From the NCBI GenBank assembly GCA_946404215.1, contig CAMJCT010000006.1, forward strand, positions 6,244-70,243: DNA of 64,000 nt, in the 5' to 3' direction. Both the position numbers and the translations under genes were made by a program. Below the pieces are notes generated by a model. It had not been told where the DNA came from, did not search any database, and saw only the letters and a list, made by a program, of their open reading frames with translations. The stretch comes from an uncultured Clostridium sp. Lineage in GTDB: Bacteria; Bacillota; Clostridia; TANB77; CAG-508. Below, one piece after another: positions 28,906 to 38,298 of this stretch. The number at the start of each line of letters is the position of its first letter. The first letter of the stretch is position 1.

Positions 28906-30744
28906 TTATTCAACTGTAACAGATTTTGCAAGGTTTCTTGGTTTATCAACATCTAATCCTTTTTCTTTTGAAATATAATAAGAAAATAGTTGTAAAGGAA
29001 TAATTGATAATATTGGTGATATAAATGTGTTTGTTTCTGGTATTTGTATTGTCATATCAAACATAGAAGTATCAACGTGTTGGCTTGTTATTATAAGTGT
29101 TTTAGCACCACGAGTAATAACTTCTTGTAAATTACTTATTGTCTTTTTTACTAAGTCAGGGTCTGTCATTATTCCTATAACAGTTATATCATTTTCTATT
29201 AAAGCTATTGGACCATGTTTTAATTCACCAGCAGCGTAGCTTTCAGAGTGAATATATGATATTTCTTTTAGCTTTAAAGAGCCTTCTTTTGCAACTGTTT
29301 CATCAATACCTCTTCCTAAGAAGAACATGTCTTTTTCTTGATATACTTTTTTAGAGAATTCTTTTATAACCTCTGAAAGTTTTAAAGTTTCCTCTATTTT
29401 TTTAGGTAATTCCAAAATGTCTTTTTTTAGTGTGTTAATTTTACTATTGTCGATTTCTAATACTTCTGCAAAATAAATTGCAAGAACTGCTATTAAAATA
29501 ACTTGAGAGGTATATGCTTTTGTAGAAGCAACAGCTATTTCTGGACCAGCATGTGTATAAATTGAGTAGTCAGCTTCTCTTGTTATCGAACTTCCTATTA
29601 CATTAGAAATTGCAAGTGTTCTAGCACCTTTTTCTTTACATAGTTTTAGTGCAGCTATTGTGTCTGCAGTCTCACCAGATTGTGAAACAAATATACATAA
29701 AGATTTTTCGTCTACTAAAGGATCTCTATATCTAAATTCTGAAGCTATATCAACTTCAGTAGGAATTCTACATAGTTTTTCTAATACATTTTTTCCAACT
29801 AAACCTGCATGCATAGCTGTACCACATGCAACTATATAAATTTTATTAATATTTGATAAATATTCTTTTGTAAAGTTTAGTTCGTCAAATTCACATTTTG
29901 AGTTTTCACCTAATTTAGCTCCTATTGTTTCTCTAATTGAGTTTGGTTGTTCATAAATTTCTTTTAGCATAAAATCATCAAAACCATCTTTTTCTGCACT
30001 AGAAGCATTCCATTCAATTGTTTTTGTTTGTTTATCTACAGGAGATAAATCCTTATTGTAAAATTCAATTTCATTTCTTGATAATACTGCAAATTCTAAG
30101 TCATCTAATAGGTAAAAATTTCTTGTAAAAGATAAAATTGCAGGAATGTCTGAAGAAATATAATTTTCATTTTCTCCTTTTCCTATAACAAGTGGACTAT
30201 CTTTTCTAACTACTATCATATTGTCTTCATAATCTTTGCATATTATTTCTATAGCAAAGCTTCCTTTTAAATCTGCACAAGCATTTTTTACAGCTCTTAA
30301 AAATTTCATATTATCTGATTTTTCATCATTTGAATAATAGTAATGTACCAAATTAGGGATAACTTCTGTATCGGTTTGAGAATAGAAAGTATAACCTTTA
30401 TATGTTAAAAATTTTCTTAATTCATTATAATTTTCGATAATTCCATTGTGAACAACACTAAAGGTTTTGCTGTTGTCCATATGAGGGTGTGAATTTTCTT
30501 TGGATGGTTTTCCATGAGTTGCCCATCTTGTATGAGCAATACCAATAGTTCCTTCTAAACTGTCAATACCTACTAGGGTATTTAAATTTTTAACTCTTCC
30601 TTTATCTTTCATAATAGAAAGACCTGTTTTTTCAATAGTTGAAATACCGGCAGAGTCATAACCTCTGTATTCCAATCTTGTTAGCCCGTTAATTAAAATA
30701 GGGCTTGCTTTTTGTGTTCCTATGTAACCTACAATTCCACACAT
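28906..30744 (-). CDS. glmS: glutamine--fructose-6-phosphate aminotransferase
   Basis: N-terminal MCGIVGY, two SIS domains, C-terminal ...NLAKSVTVE. Confidence 0.97.
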   Translation of the reverse strand: MCGIVGYIGTQKASPILINGLTRLEYRGYDSAGISTIEKTGLSIMKDKGRVKNLNTLVGIDSLEGTIGIAHTRWATHGKPSKENSHPHMDNSKTFSVVHNGIIENYNELRKFLTYKGYTFYSQTDTEVIPNLVHYYYSNDEKSDNMKFLRAVKNACADLKGSFAIEIICKDYEDNMIVVRKDSPLVIGKGENENYISSDIPAILSFTRNFYLLDDLEFAVLSRNEIEFYNKDLSPVDKQTKTIEWNASSAEKDGFDDFMLKEIYEQPNSIRETIGAKLGENSKCEFDELNFTKEYLSNINKIYIVACGTAMHAGLVGKNVLEKLCRIPTEVDIASEFRYRDPLVDEKSLCIFVSQSGETADTIAALKLCKEKGARTLAISNVIGSSITREADYSIYTHAGPEIAVASTKAYTSQVILIAVLAIYFAEVLEIDNSKINTLKKDILELPKKIEETLKLSEVIKEFSKKVYQEKDMFFLGRGIDETVAKEGSLKLKEISYIHSESYAAGELKHGPIALIENDITVIGIMTDPDLVKKTISNLQEVITRGAKTLIITSQHVDTSMFDMTIQIPETNTFISPILSIIPLQLFSYYISKEKGLDVDKPRNLAKSVTVE

Positions 30745-30804
30745 AAGCTGATTCCTCCTTTAAAAAAGTATTATAGAATTGAAAGCATGCAAATAAAAGC
30801 TTAA

Positions 30805-30955
30805 ATGTATTAATATTTGTTACAATATTGCTATTGTTCTTTGATTAATACTTTGACCTTAAGCAAAAGCCACTAGAGCATCCGCCGAAAATTTCGATAA
30901 CCCTAGACCTCGTCAACACTTTTAAAATATATTTTTTTGTGTTCTGGCGCTTAAT
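30805..30955 (-). promoter_or_regulatory. glmS ribozyme/riboswitch in the glmS 5' leader
   Basis: Minus strand reads AAGCGCCAGAACAC...GTGTTGACGAGGTCTAGGGTTATCGAAATTTTCGGCGGATGCTCTAG..., matching the conserved glmS ribozyme core, including the cleavage-site A|GCGCC. Confidence 0.9.
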
Positions 30956-31170
30956 TTTTTATTTTACTATTGCAGCCTTTCAATTTACTTATATTATATT
31001 ACAACAAAAAATCGAAAGTAGCAAGTCTTTTTAAAAAAATTGCCACGGGGACGTACCTTTTGGCAATTTTTTGCCATGGGGACACTCCTCTTAAAAATTT
31101 ATTACAAAAATATTGAATTTTCATTATATTTTGTTATATAATTATAAAAATATTATGAAAGAGGTATAAT

Positions 31171-31863
31171 ATGAAAGAAATTGGAATTATTACAGCAATG
31201 GATGAAGAAAGAGAAGCGATACTTAATATTATGCAAGATGTTCATGTGGTTCAGATTTACAACTTAAGATTTTTGAGAGGTACTATTTTAGGAAAAAACT
31301 GCATTTTAGTGAAATGTGGAATAGGAAAAGTAAATGCTGCAAGAACGACCCAAATAATGATTGATAACTTTGAAGTACAATACATAATAAACCTAGGTTC
31401 AGGAGGTTCTGTAAATCCGCTATTAAAGATAGGTGATGTAGTGATTGGCAAACAGGTTGTACAGCACGATTTCGACATTACAGCATTTGGACATAGTAAA
31501 GGATACATAACAGGTGTTGGAAACTATGTAATGTGTGATAGAGGTTTGGTAAGTGAATTTGAAAAGGTAATGAATAATTTAGAAGATAGAATATATCAAA
31601 TTAGAACAAGTGTAATTGCAACAGGGGATATTTTTATAACAGATATAGGAATGAAGGATAAAATACATTCAAAATTTAGTGCTGATGTTGTTGATATGGA
31701 GTGTGCTGCAATCGCGCAAACTTGTTATTTAGATAATATTCCTTTTATTGTAGTAAGAAGTATTTCAGATACACCAGATGGAAAAAATTCAGCAACATTT
31801 GATGAGAATTTGAAGCTAGCTTCAAAAAGATGTGCAAGTATACTAAAAGAATTTTTAAGATAG
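31171..31863 (+). CDS. mtnN: 5'-methylthioadenosine/S-adenosylhomocysteine nucleosidase
   Basis: IGIITAMDEE..., GKVNAA, VDMECAAIAQ and VVRSISD motifs. Confidence 0.9.
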   Translation: MKEIGIITAMDEEREAILNIMQDVHVVQIYNLRFLRGTILGKNCILVKCGIGKVNAARTTQIMIDNFEVQYIINLGSGGSVNPLLKIGDVVIGKQVVQHDFDITAFGHSKGYITGVGNYVMCDRGLVSEFEKVMNNLEDRIYQIRTSVIATGDIFITDIGMKDKIHSKFSADVVDMECAAIAQTCYLDNIPFIVVRSISDTPDGKNSATFDENLKLASKRCASILKEFLR

Positions 31864-32010
31864 ATAATTAATTGTATATTTAGTTTTGCCAAATTATATG
31901 TATATTTTTTAGAAATTTGTAAATAATTTATATAAATTAAATAAGGCAAATAATAGTAAAAAAATATTTATAATAGTAAATAAATATTGAGTTGCCTAGT
32001 GGAGGTTAAT

Positions 32011-33087
32011 ATGGATAGAAAAGTTAAGGTGGTACAATACGGTACTGGTAAAATGAGTGTATACACGATGAGATATGTATATGAAAAAGGCGCAGAAATT
32101 GTGGGTGCAATTGATGTTAATCCTGAAGTAATAGGAAAAGATATTGGAGAAATAATGGGTACAGAAAATAAAGGAGTAAAAGTTGTATCTGTTGATGATG
32201 CTGAAAAAATGCTTATAGAAACAAAGCCAGATATTGCAATTATAACTACGATGAGTCTAATAAAAGATTTAGAAGAGTCTTTAATGTTATGTGCTAAATT
32301 AGGAATAAATGCTATAACAACATGTGAAGAAGCATTTTACCCAATTAATTCTAATCCAGAAGTTACAAAAAAAATAGATGAGATGGCAAAACAAATGGGA
32401 TGTACAATTACAGGAAGTGGATATCAAGATATATATTGGGGACAGCTAATTTCAAGTATAGCTGGTTCAACTCAGACAATTAAAAAGATAAAAGGAAGTT
32501 CAAGCTATAATGTTGAAGATTATGGAATAGCTTTAGCAAAAGCACATGGTGCAGGATTAACATTAGAAGAATTTGATAAGCAAGTGGCATCTGTTGACAA
32601 AATTTCTGATGAAGAAAGACAAAATTTAATAAATAAAGGTGAATATTTACCTTCTTACATGTGGAATGTAAATGGTTGGTTATGTGCAAAATTAGGTCTA
32701 ACTGTAAAATCTCAAACACAAAAAACAATTCCACAAACACATAGTGAAGATATTTATTCAGATACACTTGGTATGGAAGTAAAAGCTGGAGATGCCACAG
32801 GAATGAGTGCTGTTGTTACAACTGAAACTGAAGAGGGTATAACAATTGAAAGTGAATGTATAGGAAAGGTATATTCAAAAGAAGATTTTGATAAAAATGA
32901 ATGGACAGTGGCAGGAGAGCCTAATACTACACTTATAATTAATAGACCTTCAACTGTGGAGCTTACATGTGCATCTATAGTTAATAGAATTCCAGATGTA
33001 ATAAATGCAGTTCCAGGTTATGTACCTACGGAAGAAATAGGGGAATTATGTTACAAAGTGAAACCGTTAAATGAGTATGTTAAATAA
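32011..33087 (+). CDS. NAD(P)-dependent oxidoreductase of the DapB-N-like / amine dehydrogenase family
   Basis: N-terminal Rossmann KVVQYGTGKMS...GAEIVGAIDVNPEVIGKDIG. Substrate not inferable. ATG follows GGAGG. Confidence 0.5.
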   Translation: MDRKVKVVQYGTGKMSVYTMRYVYEKGAEIVGAIDVNPEVIGKDIGEIMGTENKGVKVVSVDDAEKMLIETKPDIAIITTMSLIKDLEESLMLCAKLGINAITTCEEAFYPINSNPEVTKKIDEMAKQMGCTITGSGYQDIYWGQLISSIAGSTQTIKKIKGSSSYNVEDYGIALAKAHGAGLTLEEFDKQVASVDKISDEERQNLINKGEYLPSYMWNVNGWLCAKLGLTVKSQTQKTIPQTHSEDIYSDTLGMEVKAGDATGMSAVVTTETEEGITIESECIGKVYSKEDFDKNEWTVAGEPNTTLIINRPSTVELTCASIVNRIPDVINAVPGYVPTEEIGELCYKVKPLNEYVK

Positions 33088-33104
33088 ATTTCACAAAATA
33101 TTTT

Positions 33105-33133
33105 AAAGAGCTTGATTTCCAAGCTCTTTTGTG
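33105..33133 (+). terminator. rho-independent terminator
   Basis: AAAGAGCTTG / CAAGCTCTTT stem followed by TTGTG. Confidence 0.7.
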
Positions 33134-33197
33134 TTAGAATAAAAGCAGTATATAAAAAGAAAGGTGGAAACTTAAAGCTTTTGCTTTAAGAAAATAT

Positions 33198-33474
33198 ATG
33201 AGCAAGTTAAATAAAAAAGAGAAAATTATAGATTTAAAGTCTTTATTTAAGGAATTATTTGGTATTCGGTGAAAAAACTGAAGAAGTTCAAGTAAGTGAG
33301 GAGGTACCAGCTGATTCAGCATATTTAAAAAAATTGGAAGAAAAATATATGGCTGAAAATTATGAAAAAACAATAAAAAGAAGACAGAAAAAAATAGTTT
33401 CAGGCGATGTTAGCATAGAAAAAGCTCAACCGCAAAAGATAAAAAATAGTAGAGACAGAGAAATAGGGGATTAA
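33198..33474 (+). CDS. small hypothetical protein, possibly split. 23 codons run from the ATG at 33198 to CGG-TGA (33267-33272); the remainder is in the +1 frame, or starts independently at TTG 33259.
   Basis: 0-frame MSKLNKKEKIIDLKSLFKELFGI then CGG TGA. The +1 frame reads GEKTEEVQVSEEVPADSAYLKKLEEKY... to 33474. No family recognised. Confidence 0.35.
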
Positions 33475-33502
33475 CTTCGTTATTATTGTAAAAATGTACA
33501 AA

Positions 33503-33532
33503 ATACAAGAAATTTAAATTTCTTGTATTTTT
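33503..33532 (+). terminator. rho-independent terminator
   Basis: Perfect 26-nt palindrome ATACAAGAAATTTAAATTTCTTGTAT followed by TTTT. Confidence 0.8.
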
Positions 33533-33535
33533 ATC

Positions 33536-33565
33536 TTGACAAATGAACAGAATATGACTTATAAT
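33536..33565 (+). promoter_or_regulatory. consensus sigma-A promoter for the tRNA gene
   Basis: TTGACA, 18 nt, TATAAT, ending about 17 nt before the tRNA 5' end. Confidence 0.65.
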
Positions 33566-33582
33566 AAATAGGTCTTGAATAT

Positions 33583-33659
33583 GGCGAAGTAGCTCAGTTG
33601 GCTAGAGCATTCGGTTCATACCCGAAGGGTCATGTGTTCGAATCACATCTTCGCTACCA
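33583..33659 (+). tRNA. tRNA-Met (anticodon CAT, elongator-type anticodon loop TTCATAC), CCA encoded
   Basis: Hand-folded cloverleaf: acceptor GGCGAAG/CTTCGCT, D arm GCTC/GAGC, anticodon stem TTCGG/CCGAA, T arm ATGTG-TTCGAAT-CACAT, ACCA tail. Confidence 0.9.
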
Positions 33660-33680
33660 AATTAAATAAATGTAAAAAAT

Positions 33681-33717
33681 AAGGAATTTTAACTAATTTG
33701 AAATTCCTTATTTTTTT
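33681..33717 (+). terminator. rho-independent terminator after the tRNA
   Basis: AAGGAATTT / AAATTCCTT stem followed by T7. Confidence 0.8.
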
Positions 33718-33858
33718 ATTACATCTTTTATAAAATAAAATATATTATAAAAGCAATCAATCATTTTTTTATAAATAAAAAAATATATTTTGCAAATAAA
33801 AGGTCTAAAATTAAAAGATAGGGTGTTACAATGTGTATGTGAGCAAAGGGGTGAGAAA

Positions 33859-34485
33859 ATGATAGACAAAATCTGTACATTTTTAACCAATAAAATAAGA
33901 AAAGAAATGCCCGATATTGACGACGAAAAAGCGGAAGTAATAAATTATGGTTTGCAAAATATTGTAGGTGAAATTCCTAAGATATTTATAATGCTTGGAA
34001 TTGCATATATACTTAATATTTTTCCATTAGCTTTATTTACATTTGTAGTGCTTTTTCCATACAAAGGTGCTTCTGGAGGATTTCATTTAAAAACACATAT
34101 AGGATGTATAGTTGTAACAACATTGTTTTATTGTGTTATACCATTTATATCTAAATATATTATTTTAAATGAATTTGTAAAATATATTATAACTGGAATA
34201 ATATGGATATTTGGAATTATAATGATTAAATTATATGCTCCAGCAGATACAGAAGATGTGCCTATTTTATTAAAAGATGTGAGATTGAAAAAACAAATAA
34301 TTTCATATATAACTTTTTCGATTGGAATGCTGGCTGTTATTATAATTAAGGATAGTACAATTTCTAATATATTAATTCTATCATATTTTTTGCAAACACT
34401 TTCAATTACAAAATTAGCATATAGATTGACTAATAATAAATATGGGTATGAAGTATATGGTGATACTTCATTAGAAAATGGTTAA
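33859..34485 (+). CDS. agrB: accessory gene regulator B (AgrB) membrane peptidase
   Basis: NYGLQNIVGEIPKIFIML...PYKGASGGFHLKTHIGC typical of AgrB. AAGGGGTGA RBS precedes the internal ATG. Confidence 0.85.
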   Translation: MIDKICTFLTNKIRKEMPDIDDEKAEVINYGLQNIVGEIPKIFIMLGIAYILNIFPLALFTFVVLFPYKGASGGFHLKTHIGCIVVTTLFYCVIPFISKYIILNEFVKYIITGIIWIFGIIMIKLYAPADTEDVPILLKDVRLKKQIISYITFSIGMLAVIIIKDSTISNILILSYFLQTLSITKLAYRLTNNKYGYEVYGDTSLENG

Positions 34486-34549
34486 TACAAAATATATACC
34501 GGTAATATTTTGTGTTATAGATGTTTTAACCAAAGAAGGAGGAATTGTT

Positions 34550-34669
34550 ATGTTAAAATTTTTAGCAAAAACAGCAGAAAAATATGCAAAAGCAACAAAT
34601 ACAGCTTGCTTAATGATATTGGTTTTTCATCAACCTAAGATGCCAGCTTCAATGATAAAGAAAGATTAA
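34550..34669 (+). CDS. agrD: AgrD-type autoinducing peptide precursor (39 aa)
   Basis: MLKFLAKTAEKYAKATNTACLMILVFHQPKMPASMIKKD: amphipathic leader, a single Cys, then an HQPxxP recognition-type tail. GAAGGAGG RBS 8 nt upstream. Directly follows agrB. Confidence 0.75.
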   Translation: MLKFLAKTAEKYAKATNTACLMILVFHQPKMPASMIKKD

Positions 34670-34740
34670 TAATTGGTAAAAATAGGACGAAAAATTATTT
34701 TTACCAAAGATGTAACTTAAAAGTTATACAAATACAATCC

Positions 34741-34780
34741 AAAAAAGAACTGTTACTAAATTTTGTAACAGTTCTTTTTT
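34741..34780. terminator. bidirectional terminator between agrD and the kinase gene
   Basis: AAAAAAGAACTGTTAC / GTAACAGTTCTTTTTT perfect stem. Confidence 0.85.
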
Positions 34781-34817
34781 ATAAACAGTTTGAGTAATTC
34801 ATAAATCAAATTATATA

Positions 34818-36164
34818 TTAATAATAAATTTCTAATTGCTGTTTGAAAAAAATATCAGACTTTGTTGTGTATAAATTAACATTTTTAGTTTTCTTAATTA
34901 TTTTTCTTATCTCCCATAGTCCAAGTCCAGTATGGTTTTCTTTACCAGATATACCTTTTTCAAATATTTTTTCCATATCTACATCTTTATCTTTATAGGT
35001 GTTTTCAATTATAATAAGTTGCCTTGAATTTTTAGAGTCATTTCTAAAAGTCAAATTTATAATTCTTTCTTCACATTCTGAACTTGCTTCAATAGCATTG
35101 TCTAAAAGAATACCTAAGATTCTAGCAAATTCATATATTTTCATTTTTAATGTGGATAAATCTAGGAGAAATGTCATATTTACTTTTATATCTTTTGAAT
35201 CTGCTTCATTGTATTTCTTTGTAAGTAGGTTATATATACCATCATTGTTTATTATTTCAGGATTAAGTAGGTACAGGTTGTTTACTCTTTGGCAATCGTC
35301 TTCTAATTGCAAATAATATTTTTTTAGCCCATCCATATCATTAGTTCTAATATAACCTCCTATGGTTGTAACTATATTGTCGAAATCATGTTTAAAACCT
35401 CTTACGTTATCATGTAATATGTGTAAAGTATTATTATATTCATTTGCACTTTCTAATTTTTGAGAAGTAACAATTAATTTGAAAAATTTATTTAAGCTAT
35501 AAATACTTAAACTAAAATAGGCAATTAGTGTTAAAGAACTTAAAAATGTAATAAATATAGGAAGGGTATCTATATAAAAAAATGTTACAATTGATTGAAC
35601 AATAAAGGTTAATATACCAAATACTATATTTATAATTATTATAGCCTTATTCTTATTATCAATATTTTCCATAAAATTTATTTTAAAGCCTCTATTTTTT
35701 ATTATTATGGATAATATAAAAATTGAAAAGTAAATTATAGTTATATATAATAATCTATATAGTGGAACAGTTGTAAGAGCGTTAGCGTCGATGTTTAATA
35801 TGGTAATGTATGGGTTTAATACTAAAGCACCCAAAATGTTAAACATAATTCCAGAAATAACTATAGATATACAGCTTTTTAAAAAAGAAATTTTAAATAT
35901 TTTTTTTGCCATTATAATCATTATAAAATAATCTATTATTATATTAAAAGGATTTCCTAGAAAAATATTTGTAAATATACCAATAATTGAAAGAATTATA
36001 ACATACAAGAACTTTTGCTTTTTAGTTATGGATATATTCAAAATTGAAATAAACAAATTCATTATTAAAAAATTCTCAACGAAAAATAGGGGGACAGTTA
36101 AAATATTTACTAATCCCTCATTTGGTGTAGTAATAGCAGTTAATAGATCATTAAAAACTTCCAT
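34818..36164 (-). CDS. agrC: AgrC-like (HPK10, GHKL) sensor histidine kinase
   Basis: Six or seven N-terminal TM helices. H-box region RGFKHDFDN. ATPase ...GKENHTGLGLWEIRKI. Confidence 0.8.
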   Translation of the reverse strand: MEVFNDLLTAITTPNEGLVNILTVPLFFVENFLIMNLFISILNISITKKQKFLYVIILSIIGIFTNIFLGNPFNIIIDYFIMIIMAKKIFKISFLKSCISIVISGIMFNILGALVLNPYITILNIDANALTTVPLYRLLYITIIYFSIFILSIIIKNRGFKINFMENIDNKNKAIIIINIVFGILTFIVQSIVTFFYIDTLPIFITFLSSLTLIAYFSLSIYSLNKFFKLIVTSQKLESANEYNNTLHILHDNVRGFKHDFDNIVTTIGGYIRTNDMDGLKKYYLQLEDDCQRVNNLYLLNPEIINNDGIYNLLTKKYNEADSKDIKVNMTFLLDLSTLKMKIYEFARILGILLDNAIEASSECEERIINLTFRNDSKNSRQLIIIENTYKDKDVDMEKIFEKGISGKENHTGLGLWEIRKIIKKTKNVNLYTTKSDIFFKQQLEIYY

Positions 36165-36861
36165 GTTTTTTTAAAACCTCCATAAAATCCTTTTTATACT
36201 TAGGCCCAATATAACAAATATCTCCATCCTTAAATGTTACAATTCCAGATACAGGTTCAACGTCTTTAATTTGATTTATATTAGCTATATAAGATTTATG
36301 ACATCTAATATATGTTTTTGGCAGTTTATCTTCAAATTTATTAAAAGAACTATATGTGTCATAATCACGTGATGATGTGTGAAATACGAGCTTCATTCCA
36401 TCTCTTTTTATGTATTGAATTTCGGATTCGTCAATAACAGTGTTTTTATTATCTATTTTTAGATATTTTTTTACAGAACCATTAATATCTTCGAATAATC
36501 TAATTATTGTATCTTCAAGTCTGTCATAAGTAACAGGTTTAGCTAGGTAATCAAATGTCTTATATTTGTATGCAACCATTGCATACTCTAAATGAGCAGT
36601 GTTAAAAATAATATATGTATTTTTCTTTTTTTCTCTAATTTTTCTTGCTAATTCTAAACCGCTTTTATTTGATTTTAAGTTTATATCTAGTATTAATGCA
36701 TCAACGCAATTGTTTTGTGCGTAATCTAGGACTTCTTCAGGGTTATCTGATTTAAATGAAACAGATGCATCAAAATTATTTTTTGTAAAAATTGATTCTA
36801 ACATCTTTTCTAGTTTATCTAATATATTTAAATTATCATCACAAATAACAAAGTTTAACAT
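36151..36861 (-). CDS. agrA: LytTR-family response regulator (AgrA-like)
   Basis: Receiver domain (FVICDDN...ALILDINL) plus LytTR C-terminus (...YIRCHKSYIANINQI). AAAGGAGA RBS precedes MLNFVI. Confidence 0.85.
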   Translation of the reverse strand: MLNFVICDDNLNILDKLEKMLESIFTKNNFDASVSFKSDNPEEVLDYAQNNCVDALILDINLKSNKSGLELARKIREKKKNTYIIFNTAHLEYAMVAYKYKTFDYLAKPVTYDRLEDTIIRLFEDINGSVKKYLKIDNKNTVIDESEIQYIKRDGMKLVFHTSSRDYDTYSSFNKFEDKLPKTYIRCHKSYIANINQIKDVEPVSGIVTFKDGDICYIGPKYKKDFMEVLKKHGSF

Positions 36862-37142
36862 ATATAAATCAAATCTCCTTTTTAAATAAAATAACAAAAA
36901 TAAAGAAAACAAGGTTTGACAAAATCAATCAAATTACCTTATTTTTCCAAATTCAATAACAATATAATCTAAAAAATGCATATTGTCAATAGCAAATTTA
37001 CAAAATTATCCAAATCATAAAACTATTAGTATTAAGAAAATACAGAAATAAAGATAATAGTTCTAAGAATATTATAATAAAAGAATTAAGTATGAAATTA
37101 AATATGTATTCATAAAATTATTAAGAATGGGAGTGATATTAA

Positions 37143-37946
37143 ATGAATAAAAAAGTAACTAGTATATCGATAATGTTACTTATTATAAGTATTTTTATAT
37201 TTAGTGTAGTTTCGATGAAAGAAGAAAGGAGTTTAATAACAAATGCTACAAAAATAAGTAATAAAAAAATAGGTTGGGGAATAAAAAGGAATAACAATCA
37301 TGAACAACCGGATGTGGGTAGTTATAATAAAAAAGTTTTAGAGGAAAACAATGGAGTATGTTTGGGTAGTAGTGAAAAAAAATATGTATATTTAACATTT
37401 GATGAAGGATATGAGGCAGGATATACAACAAAAATTCTTGAGGTTTTGAAAAATAATGATGTAAAAGCTACATTTTTTATTACTGCACACTATGTTAATA
37501 CAGAGCCTGAAATTGTTCAGCAGATGATTAATGATGGACATATAATTGGAAACCATACTGTTAATCATAAAAGTATGCCAGAGTTAAATCAAGAGCAAGT
37601 AAAAAAAGAAATAATGGATTTACATCAGTCAATATATGAAAAATTTGGTTACGAAATGAAATATCTAAGACCACCAAAAGGCGAGTTTAGCGAGGAAACA
37701 CTAAAGTATACAAATTCACTAGGATATAAAACTGTAATGTGGTCATTTGCGTATGAAGATTGGAATGAAGATAAACAACCAGATGAGTTATTAAGCAAAG
37801 AAAAGATTATAAATAATTTGCATAATGGAGAGATAATGTTGCTCCATGGAAACTCAAAAACAAATACAGATATATTAGACAGTATTATAAGTAAAACTAA
37901 AGAGATGGGATATGAATTTAAGTCTTTAGATGAGTTTGAAAAATAA
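37143..37946 (+). CDS. pdaA: delta-lactam-biosynthetic de-N-acetylase (PdaA-like polysaccharide deacetylase)
   Basis: WGIKRNNNHEQP...YLTFDEGYEAGYTTKILEVLKNNDVKATFF...GHIIGNHTVNH. Confidence 0.75.
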   Translation: MNKKVTSISIMLLIISIFIFSVVSMKEERSLITNATKISNKKIGWGIKRNNNHEQPDVGSYNKKVLEENNGVCLGSSEKKYVYLTFDEGYEAGYTTKILEVLKNNDVKATFFITAHYVNTEPEIVQQMINDGHIIGNHTVNHKSMPELNQEQVKKEIMDLHQSIYEKFGYEMKYLRPPKGEFSEETLKYTNSLGYKTVMWSFAYEDWNEDKQPDELLSKEKIINNLHNGEIMLLHGNSKTNTDILDSIISKTKEMGYEFKSLDEFEK

Positions 37947-37974
37947 TACAGACTAAAAGGGGGAGAGTGTGTAT

Positions 37975-38298
37975 ATGAAAAATAGAAAAAAAGCTATTAA
38001 TAAGAAAATTAAATACAATAAATTAGATAGAATTCTTGAAATACCAAAAGAGGTTTGCATAGATATGCCTAAAATTACAATTACAGGATTTGATGAAATG
38101 ATAATTGAAAATTTTAAAGGGATTTTAGAATATGAGGAATTTTTTATAAAGATAAAAACTCAAATTGGTACTATTAATATAAATGGATACAATTTAAATT
38201 TAGAAAATATAACAGATGATGATATAAAAGTAAGTGGGAAAATTGAATGCTTAGATATAGAAAGAACAATTGATGAGGGAGAATGTTATGCTAATTAA
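37975..38298 (+). CDS. yqfC: sporulation protein YqfC
   Basis: LEIPKEVCIDMPKITITGFDEMIIENFKGILEYEE...NINGYNLNLENI pattern. Followed by yqfD. Confidence 0.8.
   Translation: MKNRKKAINKKIKYNKLDRILEIPKEVCIDMPKITITGFDEMIIENFKGILEYEEFFIKIKTQIGTININGYNLNLENITDDDIKVSGKIECLDIERTIDEGECYAN

Noticed and set aside
34478-34669. 63-aa ORF as listed in the ORF track
   Set aside because: Only the last 39 codons (from the ATG at 34550, preceded by GAAGGAGG) make a plausible AgrD. The upstream part overlaps the agrB end and has no RBS.
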